Positions 36,955 through 45,877 of a stretch of DNA of 64,000 nucleotides are shown here, one piece after another. Both the position numbers and the translations under genes were made by a program. The number at the start of each line of letters is the position of its first letter. The first letter of the stretch is position 1. The notes under the pieces were generated by a model. That model was not told where the DNA came from. It searched no databases and worked only from the letters and a program-made list of their open reading frames with translations. Source of the DNA: a virus; IMG/VR virus record IMGVR_UViG_3300012953_000017, positions 55,920 to 119,919 of that record; one strand, 5' to 3'.

Positions 36955-37218
36955 TTATATAGTCCAACGTAAACCGGTCTTGTTCTCAAATATTTCAGCC
37001 TTTGCCTTCTTTTCTTCAACTAGCCTAAAAATATTTTCTATTTGTGGTTTAGATAGGTTCAACTCTTCATAAAGTTTTTTTGAAGCGATGATAACATTTT
37101 TAGTAGCTGAAACTTTATCTGGGCTTCCGGTAATCTTGAGTCCGGTTGCTTCTCCCAAAATATGCTTTGCTATGGCTGACATTAATTGAGTTTGATTCTG
37201 TATAGAGATGTCGCTCAT
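36955..37218 (-). CDS. hypothetical protein
   Basis: CAGGAG SD before ATG 37218; ATATTTA motif at 37235-37241. Confidence 0.7.
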   Translation of the reverse strand: MSDISIQNQTQLMSAIAKHILGEATGLKITGSPDKVSATKNVIIASKKLYEELNLSKPQIENIFRLVEEKKAKAEIFENKTGLRWTI

Positions 37219-37256
37219 TATCTTCTCCTGACAATAAATATGCACTAAATGTACAT

Positions 37257-37515
37257 TTAAGTAAATCTTCTAAGTCTCGCTGGGACTTGTGATCTATGCT
37301 TATTCATTAGTGCTCTGGCATCTGGAGAATTGGCATGAGCTGCCCGAGACTGACCATCTGACTTTTTCATTTCTTTGTTTAGCCGCTCTATGAACCATAT
37401 GCGCTGCCAAACAGGAATGCTGTATGCTTCGTTATAAGTGAAACCCATGTAGTACATCAGTAAAAAGATGTGCTCCAGGTATATTGTCTTATCAGTCGGT
37501 GTCAGGCCAAAAAAA
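37257..37515 (-). CDS. tail assembly chaperone C-terminal extension, probably reached by frameshift (gp51/GT-like)
   Basis: No SD-supported start; frame overlaps the T7 run at the end of the upstream gene; IFLLMYY..FTY.E...PVWQR.WFI motif. Confidence 0.7.
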
Positions 37516-38367
37516 GCTGGCACCCATAGGGAGCCGTACCTCCGAATGTTCGAGGCAGTGTGGGCATGTCATCCAGGACTTCATGTCGACACCAGGTTCT
37601 GCTTTGTCAATGTGTCTCCGAAGCGCGAGTGAGTCTCTGGCAGGCATGCTTCTGATAAACATGTTAATTTTATTTCTGTCATTGACACCGTCAATTGCGA
37701 CAATTGAATGTTGGAGTCTGGATGTTACAAGGCTATCTGCTTGCATTCCTTGCTTCTTTCTACGCTCCATAGCCACAGTAATTTCTGCTTCATCAGCGCC
37801 TGTAAGAAACTTAAACCTTACTTTCTTCGCGGTCATCGGGAGTTTAAATTCAAATAAATTAGCACCTTGAGCGACAGGATTTGCATCAAGACGCTTAATT
37901 GGCAGGTCTGTCAAGCTAAACTCTTGCTTTGATCTTTCACCGCATGCAGGACAATCAACTTCCACAGTATACTCGGCACCATAGCCTGTAATACGAAGTG
38001 CAGTCATTATTGCATTTCTATCACCTACAAGCATTGAGTCAACATCGACCTGCTTATTTACCAAGCAGTTCTTAATGAGCTGAGTGATTACAGTCCCCTT
38101 TTTAATCAAAGCCTTAGAAGTTAGAATATCTTCATCCTTTGCGGTCATTGCTTTAATTTCAATAGTTTCTTGACCATAAAGTGGCCCGTCGACATCATAA
38201 ACTGTACCGCCGGAAGGCAGTGGAACATTTTCAACAGGTATTTCGTAACCAAAGTCATCTCGCATTACGTTGCTTACTTGATGACCGCCTGCTACTTGTT
38301 GAGCTGTTTTGGCTTGTGAGGCTGCAAAAACCTCGTTTTTTGCTTCTCTAGTTGTTTCTTCAGACAC
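37492..38367 (-). CDS. tail assembly chaperone / baseplate hub assembly protein (T4 gp26-like)
   Basis: VPLPSGG.VY, MTAKDEDIL, GDRNAI...R..GYG, two CxxC, ends FFWP. Confidence 0.8.
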   Translation of the reverse strand: MSEETTREAKNEVFAASQAKTAQQVAGGHQVSNVMRDDFGYEIPVENVPLPSGGTVYDVDGPLYGQETIEIKAMTAKDEDILTSKALIKKGTVITQLIKNCLVNKQVDVDSMLVGDRNAIMTALRITGYGAEYTVEVDCPACGERSKQEFSLTDLPIKRLDANPVAQGANLFEFKLPMTAKKVRFKFLTGADEAEITVAMERRKKQGMQADSLVTSRLQHSIVAIDGVNDRNKINMFIRSMPARDSLALRRHIDKAEPGVDMKSWMTCPHCLEHSEVRLPMGASFFWPDTD

Positions 38368-38550
38368 AGTTAAACTCCAGTACGATTGTCATGTAATGAT
38401 TCACTTATAAGTATTGCTAGATTGATTCTACCTGTAAACTTGTTTTTAAACGCATAGAACGTACTTTCTAGACATCTTTTACTTAATCATATAGGAAAAC
38501 TCATTATAGTAAAACAAGATCATCAGACAGTACTCGGTGATACTCTGGGA

Positions 38551-38587
38551 AATAAAAAAGGCACGTCACAGGTGTGACGTGCCTTTT
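38551..38587 (-). terminator. Rho-independent terminator after tail tube gene
   Basis: AAAAGGCACGTCACA-cc-TGTGACGTGCCTTTTTT on the minus strand. Confidence 0.85.
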
Positions 38588-38613
38588 AGATTAGTGAGAC
38601 AAAAATTTATAAA

Positions 38614-39102
38614 TTAGTACTGGAGTACGCAATTATCGAATCTAATCGTTAGGGCTACTTCAGCTGGATCTTCTGCACCGTAGTCCAAGTCGCCGAAAGC
38701 AGCTGACTCTAGAAAGCATCCTTTGAGATCCCAAAGCTCAACAACAGTTCCTACTGGATCAAGAAGTTTAAGCTGGCAGTCTCGCTTGTAAAAATCAGCA
38801 TATCCGGAACGACCTGAAACAGACTCAAAGTGTGTTCTTACCCACTCCATAACCTGCTGTGCTCCAGACGGAGCGATCGGATCATGAAGTGTACAACTAA
38901 TTGCATCAAACTTAGTTTTTCCTGCAATAAATCTTGTTGAATTCATGTAGGAAATTTCCTGTGCTGCAGTGTTGATTGTTGGTCTTGCAGCTGTCTTCAT
39001 TAAAAATGCATCTATTCCCTCTATGGCAAAAACCCATCTAAACTTTCTTTTGGGTTCAAACTTATTGGGAAGCATATCGGTTACTGAAAGTGTCTCAGCC
39101 AT
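38614..39102 (-). CDS. tail tube protein (gp19-like)
   Basis: FEPKRKFRW, DPIAPSGAQQVMEW, GYADFYK, WDLKG.F; follows the sheath genes. Confidence 0.9.
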   Translation of the reverse strand: MAETLSVTDMLPNKFEPKRKFRWVFAIEGIDAFLMKTAARPTINTAAQEISYMNSTRFIAGKTKFDAISCTLHDPIAPSGAQQVMEWVRTHFESVSGRSGYADFYKRDCQLKLLDPVGTVVELWDLKGCFLESAAFGDLDYGAEDPAEVALTIRFDNCVLQY

Positions 39103-39137
39103 TTTTTAAGTCTCCTAATTCGCTTATACGCGTTTCT

Positions 39138-39144
39138 TAAGTAT
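39138..39144 (-). promoter_or_regulatory. putative late promoter motif ATACTTA (tail tube)
   Basis: Recurrent motif, intergenic. Confidence 0.6.
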
Positions 39145-39160
39145 TATCGTCAAAGAGTTT

Positions 39161-42100
39161 TTATATCTCTGTACCTTGATTAGTAACAACAAAGTCTAGG
39201 GAAACAAATTCCACAGACCTTGTTGGTTGGAGGAATATTTTTCCTCTAATCGTGTTGTTCTCAACATCAGCTTGAGTTGTAGTTGTTGTGTCGATCTGAA
39301 CTCTAAATCTATCAAGGCCCTGCTGTTGCTGAATTCTCTGAAGTACTGGATTGACTTCAGCTGAGAATCTTGAAAGAGTTTCTTCTCTGTTCGGCTCAAA
39401 AAGTAGATTTTCACCTATTCTTCTAACTCTTCTTCTAATTTCAATTAATAGACGCCTTACGTTCACACGGTCAAGAGCACTTTGTGCAGCCTGGAGTGTC
39501 TTCTGTCCGAAAACAACGACGCCGGGTGTGTGAGCGAAAGCAGTCAAAGGGTTAATGTCAGCGTCATAAAGCGCGTCTAGATTATCTCTGTTAAGCTTAA
39601 CTTGAGATTCTACGACAGTGCTTAGTGCACCTCGAGTAAATCCGGCAGGTGCAAACCACGGATGAGCCACTGCATCGTTTAGAGAAAAAGCACCAATCAC
39701 AGCGACTGAAGGTGGGCACTGAACATTTGTGTTCGTTGCCGGGTCTGTTATTACAACATCAGGAAAATAGGCAGCGGCAAAAGAAGTATCTAGATTTCGG
39801 CCTTCGAATGAACTTACTGTGTTTGCAACATGTATCCTAGAATCAGAACCTGTAACAACAGTATTTAATTCATCACGCTCCTCGATGTCCATAACATACA
39901 ACGCATCAAATCTATCTTCCACAGCCTCTATACCGTAGTCTGTAATTGTGCTATGACGCAGTCCTGGTATGCATAACAGCTGTATGTTAGAGTCAGATCT
40001 TTCCTTGAGCACATCAATTGCCTTTCTATAAGAAGCAATTGTTGGCCCTTTAACCCCGCCCTGATTAGAACTGTCATCATATTCTCTTTTAGCTGCATTA
40101 TTTATCATCTTGGCTTTGTCTTCATCAAATATGTTGACGCCATCGAATCCACCTTGCAAGAAGAAAGAGAACTTGAGATACTTTCTAGAAGGAAGATGAT
40201 TAAAGTCTTTTGAGGCATCGAGGAACCTGGTAACATCTTCTGTGTATGTTGTCGTTCCGTCGTTGTCTGTTAAAGTTCCGCCCATCTTTCCGTCTCTTCG
40301 ATATCGAGCAGCTCCCCATCTATCTGGAATAGGCTTGTCATTTGATCCTGTCGAGACCTGAATTCTTTCTAAACTGAACATGTTGTTGTTGAATTTATCA
40401 GAATCCAAAACACCATTTGCCGCGGTATTAGCGTCTCCTGCATTGTCTCCTATCATTACTTTTTGAGTTGATAACTCAGATTCATACGGGAAGAACTTAG
40501 TTAAATTTGACAATGTTGGATCAATTAGTTCATTTTTGTTTGGTTCAGACTTGCTGTCATTAATTTCAAATTGAACTCCCCATGTCAAAGAAGAATTAAT
40601 TCTCTTCTTATCTCCGCCGCCTATTTGCAAGTGTCCACGGAAAGGAACAGGTACCTGCGTTAATCTTTGTAGCTCGTCAGCCGAGAGGCCTGTGCTGTTA
40701 GGTCCTGCGCCATCGCCTAGACCGTAAGTAGCAATTGGTGCTGTACCACTTGTCACAAGGTGGTGGTGGCCACGGAAACCTACTGGGAGTATTGCATCAT
40801 CTAGAATACCGTCTGTAACGTCCTCGTGCATTTCAATTCTTATATAAGATGACTTATTAGGGTGCGTTCCGTCAATAACAATCTTCTGAGAGCCTGGATT
40901 TTGATCAAAGTCGTAATGTATGTGTTGATCACCTATCACTCTTGCAATATATCTATCAGACGATGGATTTAAGTCAATGCCTCTATAAGATTCAAACACC
41001 ACAGGATTATTATCGTTGTCGTAAAAATCTCTTATTAGTAAATCAAATCTTGCGTATGGATTGTTTGTATTGTTCGATGCTTGTATATTCTCAACTGTTA
41101 TCTTGAACAGATCGTTTGCAAATGCTCCATCGTCTAGAGCATGTACTTTGAATAAATTCTTATTGTCGTTACCAAATTTTTGAGATATTACATAGGGCGA
41201 GAATGCAGTTCGATATCTGTCTCGGAAATTTTCAAAATTTGGTGCTGTCGTTGTTCCGCTGTCTCTGTTTTCAGACCCTGTGACTAAGAAAGCTACTGGC
41301 TCGTGAGACTCAACGCCTTCGCCGAAGTAGATTCCCGATCCTGTAATCACGGCGTGTGCAGGATAGACATCGTATCTTGTGTATAGATAATGTCCTTTTT
41401 CTTCTGTCTTGGTAGGATCTACATTAAGAACCTTAGCAAAATAGTTTGCTGCTGCCGGATCAAAAGAAGCAGTTATTACAGAAGGATATGCGACTGTGTT
41501 TGTAAAACCATTCAGAAGCATTGTAAATTCTTGCTTAGATGATCCTAGCTGGACACTACCTGTCATTGCGCCGCCATCTTTTGCAGATTCAAAACTTCCA
41601 TATGCTATAGACGACGCAGAGTTTCCGCCGGCAGCTCCATCACTGCTGGAAAGCGAAAGAAGAACACCAGATGGTGCCATGATAACACCTCTAACAATGG
41701 GTGCAGCAATATTCTGTCCGCTTGTTTGTATTCCTGCCTTAGAGAAGACTGTTGAGTCTAAAGACTCAGACATGAATGCCCCTAAGAAATAGGTTCTACC
41801 CTTAACTTCTCCGATTGCATTAGGGCCGTCAGCTGCATTAGGGTTTTTAGCTACAACTCCATTTGCCTGAACTTGCTGCTCACCTACTACAAACCCAGAA
41901 TTTGTCACAGAGCCGTCTGTATTTCTTTTCTTGCCATCGCCTACGCCCAGCACCTTTACATAGGTTCCGGATCTTGCATTTCTCATCCACTCGGCCATGG
42001 CCAGCGGGCCAAATTTCTCTCCATCAGAAGCGCCAAACTCTGCTACAAAATCTTGGTAGGTCGCTACTGTAATGGGGACGAAGGCTCTGCCTTTTAATGA

Positions 42101-42208
42101 AGTGCCAATTATTCCTGCGGGTATGCCTTGAGGAGAGACTCTAGAAGGTCCACTTAAGTCTATTTCTCTAGTGCTAACCCCGGGACTTTTAAAAGTTAGT
42201 TCAGCCAT
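39161..42208 (-). CDS. tail sheath protein (paralog C)
   Basis: FKSPGVSTREID N-terminus; PWFAPAGFTRG, GQKTLQ, ALDRVNVRRLL, LFEPN, EFVSLDF. Confidence 0.93.
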   Translation of the reverse strand: MAELTFKSPGVSTREIDLSGPSRVSPQGIPAGIIGTSLKGRAFVPITVATYQDFVAEFGASDGEKFGPLAMAEWMRNARSGTYVKVLGVGDGKKRNTDGSVTNSGFVVGEQQVQANGVVAKNPNAADGPNAIGEVKGRTYFLGAFMSESLDSTVFSKAGIQTSGQNIAAPIVRGVIMAPSGVLLSLSSSDGAAGGNSASSIAYGSFESAKDGGAMTGSVQLGSSKQEFTMLLNGFTNTVAYPSVITASFDPAAANYFAKVLNVDPTKTEEKGHYLYTRYDVYPAHAVITGSGIYFGEGVESHEPVAFLVTGSENRDSGTTTAPNFENFRDRYRTAFSPYVISQKFGNDNKNLFKVHALDDGAFANDLFKITVENIQASNNTNNPYARFDLLIRDFYDNDNNPVVFESYRGIDLNPSSDRYIARVIGDQHIHYDFDQNPGSQKIVIDGTHPNKSSYIRIEMHEDVTDGILDDAILPVGFRGHHHLVTSGTAPIATYGLGDGAGPNSTGLSADELQRLTQVPVPFRGHLQIGGGDKKRINSSLTWGVQFEINDSKSEPNKNELIDPTLSNLTKFFPYESELSTQKVMIGDNAGDANTAANGVLDSDKFNNNMFSLERIQVSTGSNDKPIPDRWGAARYRRDGKMGGTLTDNDGTTTYTEDVTRFLDASKDFNHLPSRKYLKFSFFLQGGFDGVNIFDEDKAKMINNAAKREYDDSSNQGGVKGPTIASYRKAIDVLKERSDSNIQLLCIPGLRHSTITDYGIEAVEDRFDALYVMDIEERDELNTVVTGSDSRIHVANTVSSFEGRNLDTSFAAAYFPDVVITDPATNTNVQCPPSVAVIGAFSLNDAVAHPWFAPAGFTRGALSTVVESQVKLNRDNLDALYDADINPLTAFAHTPGVVVFGQKTLQAAQSALDRVNVRRLLIEIRRRVRRIGENLLFEPNREETLSRFSAEVNPVLQRIQQQQGLDRFRVQIDTTTTTQADVENNTIRGKIFLQPTRSVEFVSLDFVVTNQGTEI

Positions 42209-42236
42209 TATCTATTTGCTCCTGATTTACACACTC

Positions 42237-42243
42237 TAAATAT
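42237..42243 (-). promoter_or_regulatory. putative late promoter motif ATATTTA (sheath C)
   Basis: Recurrent motif, intergenic. Confidence 0.6.
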
Positions 42244-42259
42244 CATCCCTTTTAGATTT

Positions 42260-45200
42260 CTATACCACAGTTCCAGCATTAGTAACAACAAAATCTAGAG
42301 AGACAAACTCAACAGTCTTGGTGGGCTGCAAGAATATCTTTCCTCTGATAGTATTATTTTCAATGTCGTGCTGTGTAGTAGTGGTTGTGTCAATTTGTAC
42401 TTTAAATTTACTTAACCCTTGTTGCTGTTGAATATTTTGCAATACAGGGCCTACAGCTGCAGAAAATCTGCTTAGGGTGTCTTCTCTATTAGGTTCAAAG
42501 AGTACTCTCTCGCCTATCTTTCGAACTTTTCTTCTGATGTCTATTAGTAGACGTCTTACGTTCACTCTGTCTAGAGCACTTTCAGAAGCTTTTAATGTTT
42601 TTTGGCCAAAGACCACAACACCCGGTGTGTGGCCAAACTCGTTTAGCGGATTAATATCAGCATCATATAATGCATCCATATTCTTTCTAGAAAGTTTTAC
42701 CTTTGTCTCTAGAACAGAGTCTAAAGCGCCTCTTGTAAAACCAGCAGGTGCAAACCACGGATGCGCTTTAGAGTCATTTAAAGAAAAAGCGCCTAAAACA
42801 GCAACTGAGGGTGGACATTGAACATTTGTGTTCGTTGCTGGGTCTGTTATAATTACATCCGGAAAATAAGCCGCTGTAAAAGAAGAATCTAAGTCTCTTT
42901 CTTCAAACTTATTCACTGTGTGTCTGACGTGAACTCTATCCCCTGAGCCTGTAACCACTGTGTTTAACTCATCTCGAGATTCGATGTCCATAATGTAAAG
43001 TGCATCAAATCTTTCTTCTATTGCGTCGATGGCATAATCTGTGACTGATTTATGACGAACGCCGGGAATTGCTAGGAGTTGAATGTCAGAATTAGATCGT
43101 TCTTTAAGAATGTCGATTGACTTTCTATAAGTGTTAACAGTAGGGCCTGATTTGATCCCACCCTGATTTGATTCATCGTCTACTTCTCTCTTAATAGCAG
43201 TATTCGTTAGTTTTGCTTTTTCTTCATCAAAGATATCAACGCCATCAAAGCCGCCATGGAGATGGAATGTAAATTTTAAAAATTCTCTAGTGGGTAAGTG
43301 ATTAAAGTCCTTTTGCACATCTAGAAATCTTGTGTCAGATGCAGCGTGGGTATTACCATCTGCGCCTGATAAATCAACTTTCTTGCCGTCTCTTCTATAG
43401 ACAGCTGCTGTCCACTGATCAAACACTGGTTTATCATTTGATCCTGTTACAACCTGGACTCTCTCTAGAGTAAATTTATTGTTATTAAATCTGTCTGCGT
43501 CTAGAATAGTTCCGGCTTGGTCTTGGGTCCCTGCATTGTCTCCCACTACAACATTTTGAAAATCAGTGTGGAATCTTGGGAAATACTTTGTCCAGGACTT
43601 CATATCTGTTCTTATCAGTTCACTCTTATTAGGTTCTGTCCTACTATCGTTTACTTCAAACTGGACACCCCAAGTCAACTTATTATTAACTCGCTTCTTA
43701 TCACCGGTTCTGACAGCGATATTTTCTCTAAAAGGTACGGGAGGTTGAACCGCATTTCTTAAATCTTTAATAGTTGCGCCGGCTGTGCTTGGACAGCCTT
43801 CCATAATACCCGATCCGCTCGTCACTAGGTGCCAATGTCCTCGGAACCCTACGGGAAGTGCATTCGGTTCTACCTCTTTTTCTTTCACTATGTCATCAAC
43901 TTCAACTCGAATGTAAGCAGACTTATTAGCAAAACCTCCGTCTAAAACTACTTTTTGCGCGTTCTTGTTTTGATCAAAATCAAAGTATACGTGTTGGTTT
44001 CCAATAACTTTTTCGATGTAACGATCAGAGTCAGGATTTAAAGAAAGTTTTCTCCATGTCTCAAAAACTCTTGGGTTGTTGTCGTTGTCATAGAAATCTC
44101 TCACTAAGAGATCGAATGACCCATATTGTTCGTTCTTATTGTTTGATGATTGTATGTTCTCAATCGTTACCTTGAACAGGTCGTTTGCAAATGATCCATC
44201 GTCTAGAGCGTGTATTCTAAATAAATTTTTATTTTTTCCACCAAACTCTTGTGATATAATAAAGGGAGAGAAAGCTGTTCTAAATCTGTCCTCAAAATTC
44301 TCAAAGTTTGGTATACCTGCTGTGGTTCCTGCTGTGAGAGCTAATCCGGTGTTGTGTGCCTTTGATCCTGTCAAGAGGAATGCTACATCATGTAATATCT
44401 TGCCACTAGGGTTAGTAACTTCAGACCCTGCAGTCATAACCCCTGATCCTGTCACATCAGCATGTGAAGGGTAAACATCATAGTATGTATAGAGATAATG
44501 ACCTCTGGTTTCTAACAAAGTAGGGTCTGTATTTAGTATCTTTGGAAAATACGATGGTGAATCTGGGTTGAAAGAGGCAGTCAAGACATTTGAGTACTCT
44601 GAAATGTTCGAAAATCCGTTAAGCAGCATCACAAATTGATTGTCATTTCCGGAAACATTGACTGAACCTACACTGCTACCTGCGTCGCCGTCGCCTATAG
44701 AGCTCGTGTATACCCCAGCAGGTGGTACATTTGTTCGAATATCGTTGTCAGAAGCATAAGTGCTGGAAAGAGAAAGAAGAACACCCGATGGTGCCATTAA
44801 GACACCTCGAATAATTGGATGCGACTTGACCCTAGCCAAAGCCTTATTAGACCCATTCATGCCGATCTGTGCATCAGTAAAAATTGTACTGTATTCATTA
44901 ACAGTTGTACCATCATCTGATGTGTGAGCTTCTGCCATGAATGATCCTAGGAAGTAGGTGCGACCGCGGTGCCCCGTGTGTCCTTCTTCACCTCCGGAAG
45001 GAGATGCAGCAGCAACGATGCCCGCAAGACCTGAAACTCTAGCGGCAACCACTTTGTTTCCTTTGGCACCAGGCTGGGTTACTGTTATTGTTACCTTATT
45101 GGTATCAGTCACTTCGCCTGAGATACCGGCGATACCGACTCCCGTCTGACCATCACCGGCAGTGGCGAAGTCAATATTATCATCAGCCGTGCCTGCGATC

Positions 45201-45835
45201 GCCTTGACTATCAGCGCGGCGATTTGGGCGTCATTCTTATCGCCGGTACCGATCGCAATAATGCCGTCGCCTTCCCCCGCGGGGTCGGTTGTTTCACTAT
45301 CGTCCAAGATGATCTTTGTGGCAGTAGCAGCTCCTCCGGCATTTGCAGGAACAAATATTGTAAAAGCTGTGTCAGCAGATGTGGCTGTTTGACCATCGCA
45401 AGAAATAAGTTCTCCAGTTGCTTGGACGGCAGCTTCCTGCCCTGCATAAGCGTTTGGATTGTCTTCAACTTTTCCATTAGCTTGAACTCTCTGATTTCCT
45501 ACCACAAAGCCTGCGTTGTTCACGCGGCCCATGTTAGTTCCGTCATTAGTCCTCTTTTTTCCGTCCCCAGCGCCTAAGAGTTTAAGAAAAACACCTGCTT
45601 TAGCATTCTTCATCCACTCATTAATCGCAAGAGGGCCAAACTTTTCACCATCAGATGCGCCGAATTCGGCCACAAAGTCTTGATATGTGGGAAACAAAAT
45701 CGGAACAAAGGCACGACCCTTAAGAGATGTCCCTACAACACCAGCCGGGATTCCCCGAGGCTTGGCCTTTGTTGGGCCGGATAGATCAATCTCTCTAGAG
45801 CTTACCCCTGGACTCTTAAACGTCAATTCTGCCAT
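42260..45835 (-). CDS. tail sheath protein (paralog B, with an insertion domain of about 150 aa)
   Basis: Same sheath motifs; extra segment between NPNA and GRTYFLG. Confidence 0.93.
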   Translation of the reverse strand: MAELTFKSPGVSSREIDLSGPTKAKPRGIPAGVVGTSLKGRAFVPILFPTYQDFVAEFGASDGEKFGPLAINEWMKNAKAGVFLKLLGAGDGKKRTNDGTNMGRVNNAGFVVGNQRVQANGKVEDNPNAYAGQEAAVQATGELISCDGQTATSADTAFTIFVPANAGGAATATKIILDDSETTDPAGEGDGIIAIGTGDKNDAQIAALIVKAIAGTADDNIDFATAGDGQTGVGIAGISGEVTDTNKVTITVTQPGAKGNKVVAARVSGLAGIVAAASPSGGEEGHTGHRGRTYFLGSFMAEAHTSDDGTTVNEYSTIFTDAQIGMNGSNKALARVKSHPIIRGVLMAPSGVLLSLSSTYASDNDIRTNVPPAGVYTSSIGDGDAGSSVGSVNVSGNDNQFVMLLNGFSNISEYSNVLTASFNPDSPSYFPKILNTDPTLLETRGHYLYTYYDVYPSHADVTGSGVMTAGSEVTNPSGKILHDVAFLLTGSKAHNTGLALTAGTTAGIPNFENFEDRFRTAFSPFIISQEFGGKNKNLFRIHALDDGSFANDLFKVTIENIQSSNNKNEQYGSFDLLVRDFYDNDNNPRVFETWRKLSLNPDSDRYIEKVIGNQHVYFDFDQNKNAQKVVLDGGFANKSAYIRVEVDDIVKEKEVEPNALPVGFRGHWHLVTSGSGIMEGCPSTAGATIKDLRNAVQPPVPFRENIAVRTGDKKRVNNKLTWGVQFEVNDSRTEPNKSELIRTDMKSWTKYFPRFHTDFQNVVVGDNAGTQDQAGTILDADRFNNNKFTLERVQVVTGSNDKPVFDQWTAAVYRRDGKKVDLSGADGNTHAASDTRFLDVQKDFNHLPTREFLKFTFHLHGGFDGVDIFDEEKAKLTNTAIKREVDDESNQGGIKSGPTVNTYRKSIDILKERSNSDIQLLAIPGVRHKSVTDYAIDAIEERFDALYIMDIESRDELNTVVTGSGDRVHVRHTVNKFEERDLDSSFTAAYFPDVIITDPATNTNVQCPPSVAVLGAFSLNDSKAHPWFAPAGFTRGALDSVLETKVKLSRKNMDALYDADINPLNEFGHTPGVVVFGQKTLKASESALDRVNVRRLLIDIRRKVRKIGERVLFEPNREDTLSRFSAAVGPVLQNIQQQQGLSKFKVQIDTTTTTQHDIENNTIRGKIFLQPTKTVEFVSLDFVVTNAGTVV

Positions 45836-45877
45836 TATACACGTTCCTCATAATGCCTAGCGGATATGTCGCCTGAT

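Noticed and set aside
30736-36972. Long plus-strand ORFs opposite the tape measure gene (e.g. 34174..35250, 35929..36972)
   Set aside because: Antisense shadows of an Ala/Gly/Met-rich gene; no SD, no recognisable motifs, completely overlapping a well-supported CDS.
38415-38550. Possible small RNA or mini-ORF (MSRKYVLCV) in the gap between tube terminator and chaperone
   Set aside because: No SD, no convincing structure; insufficient support.
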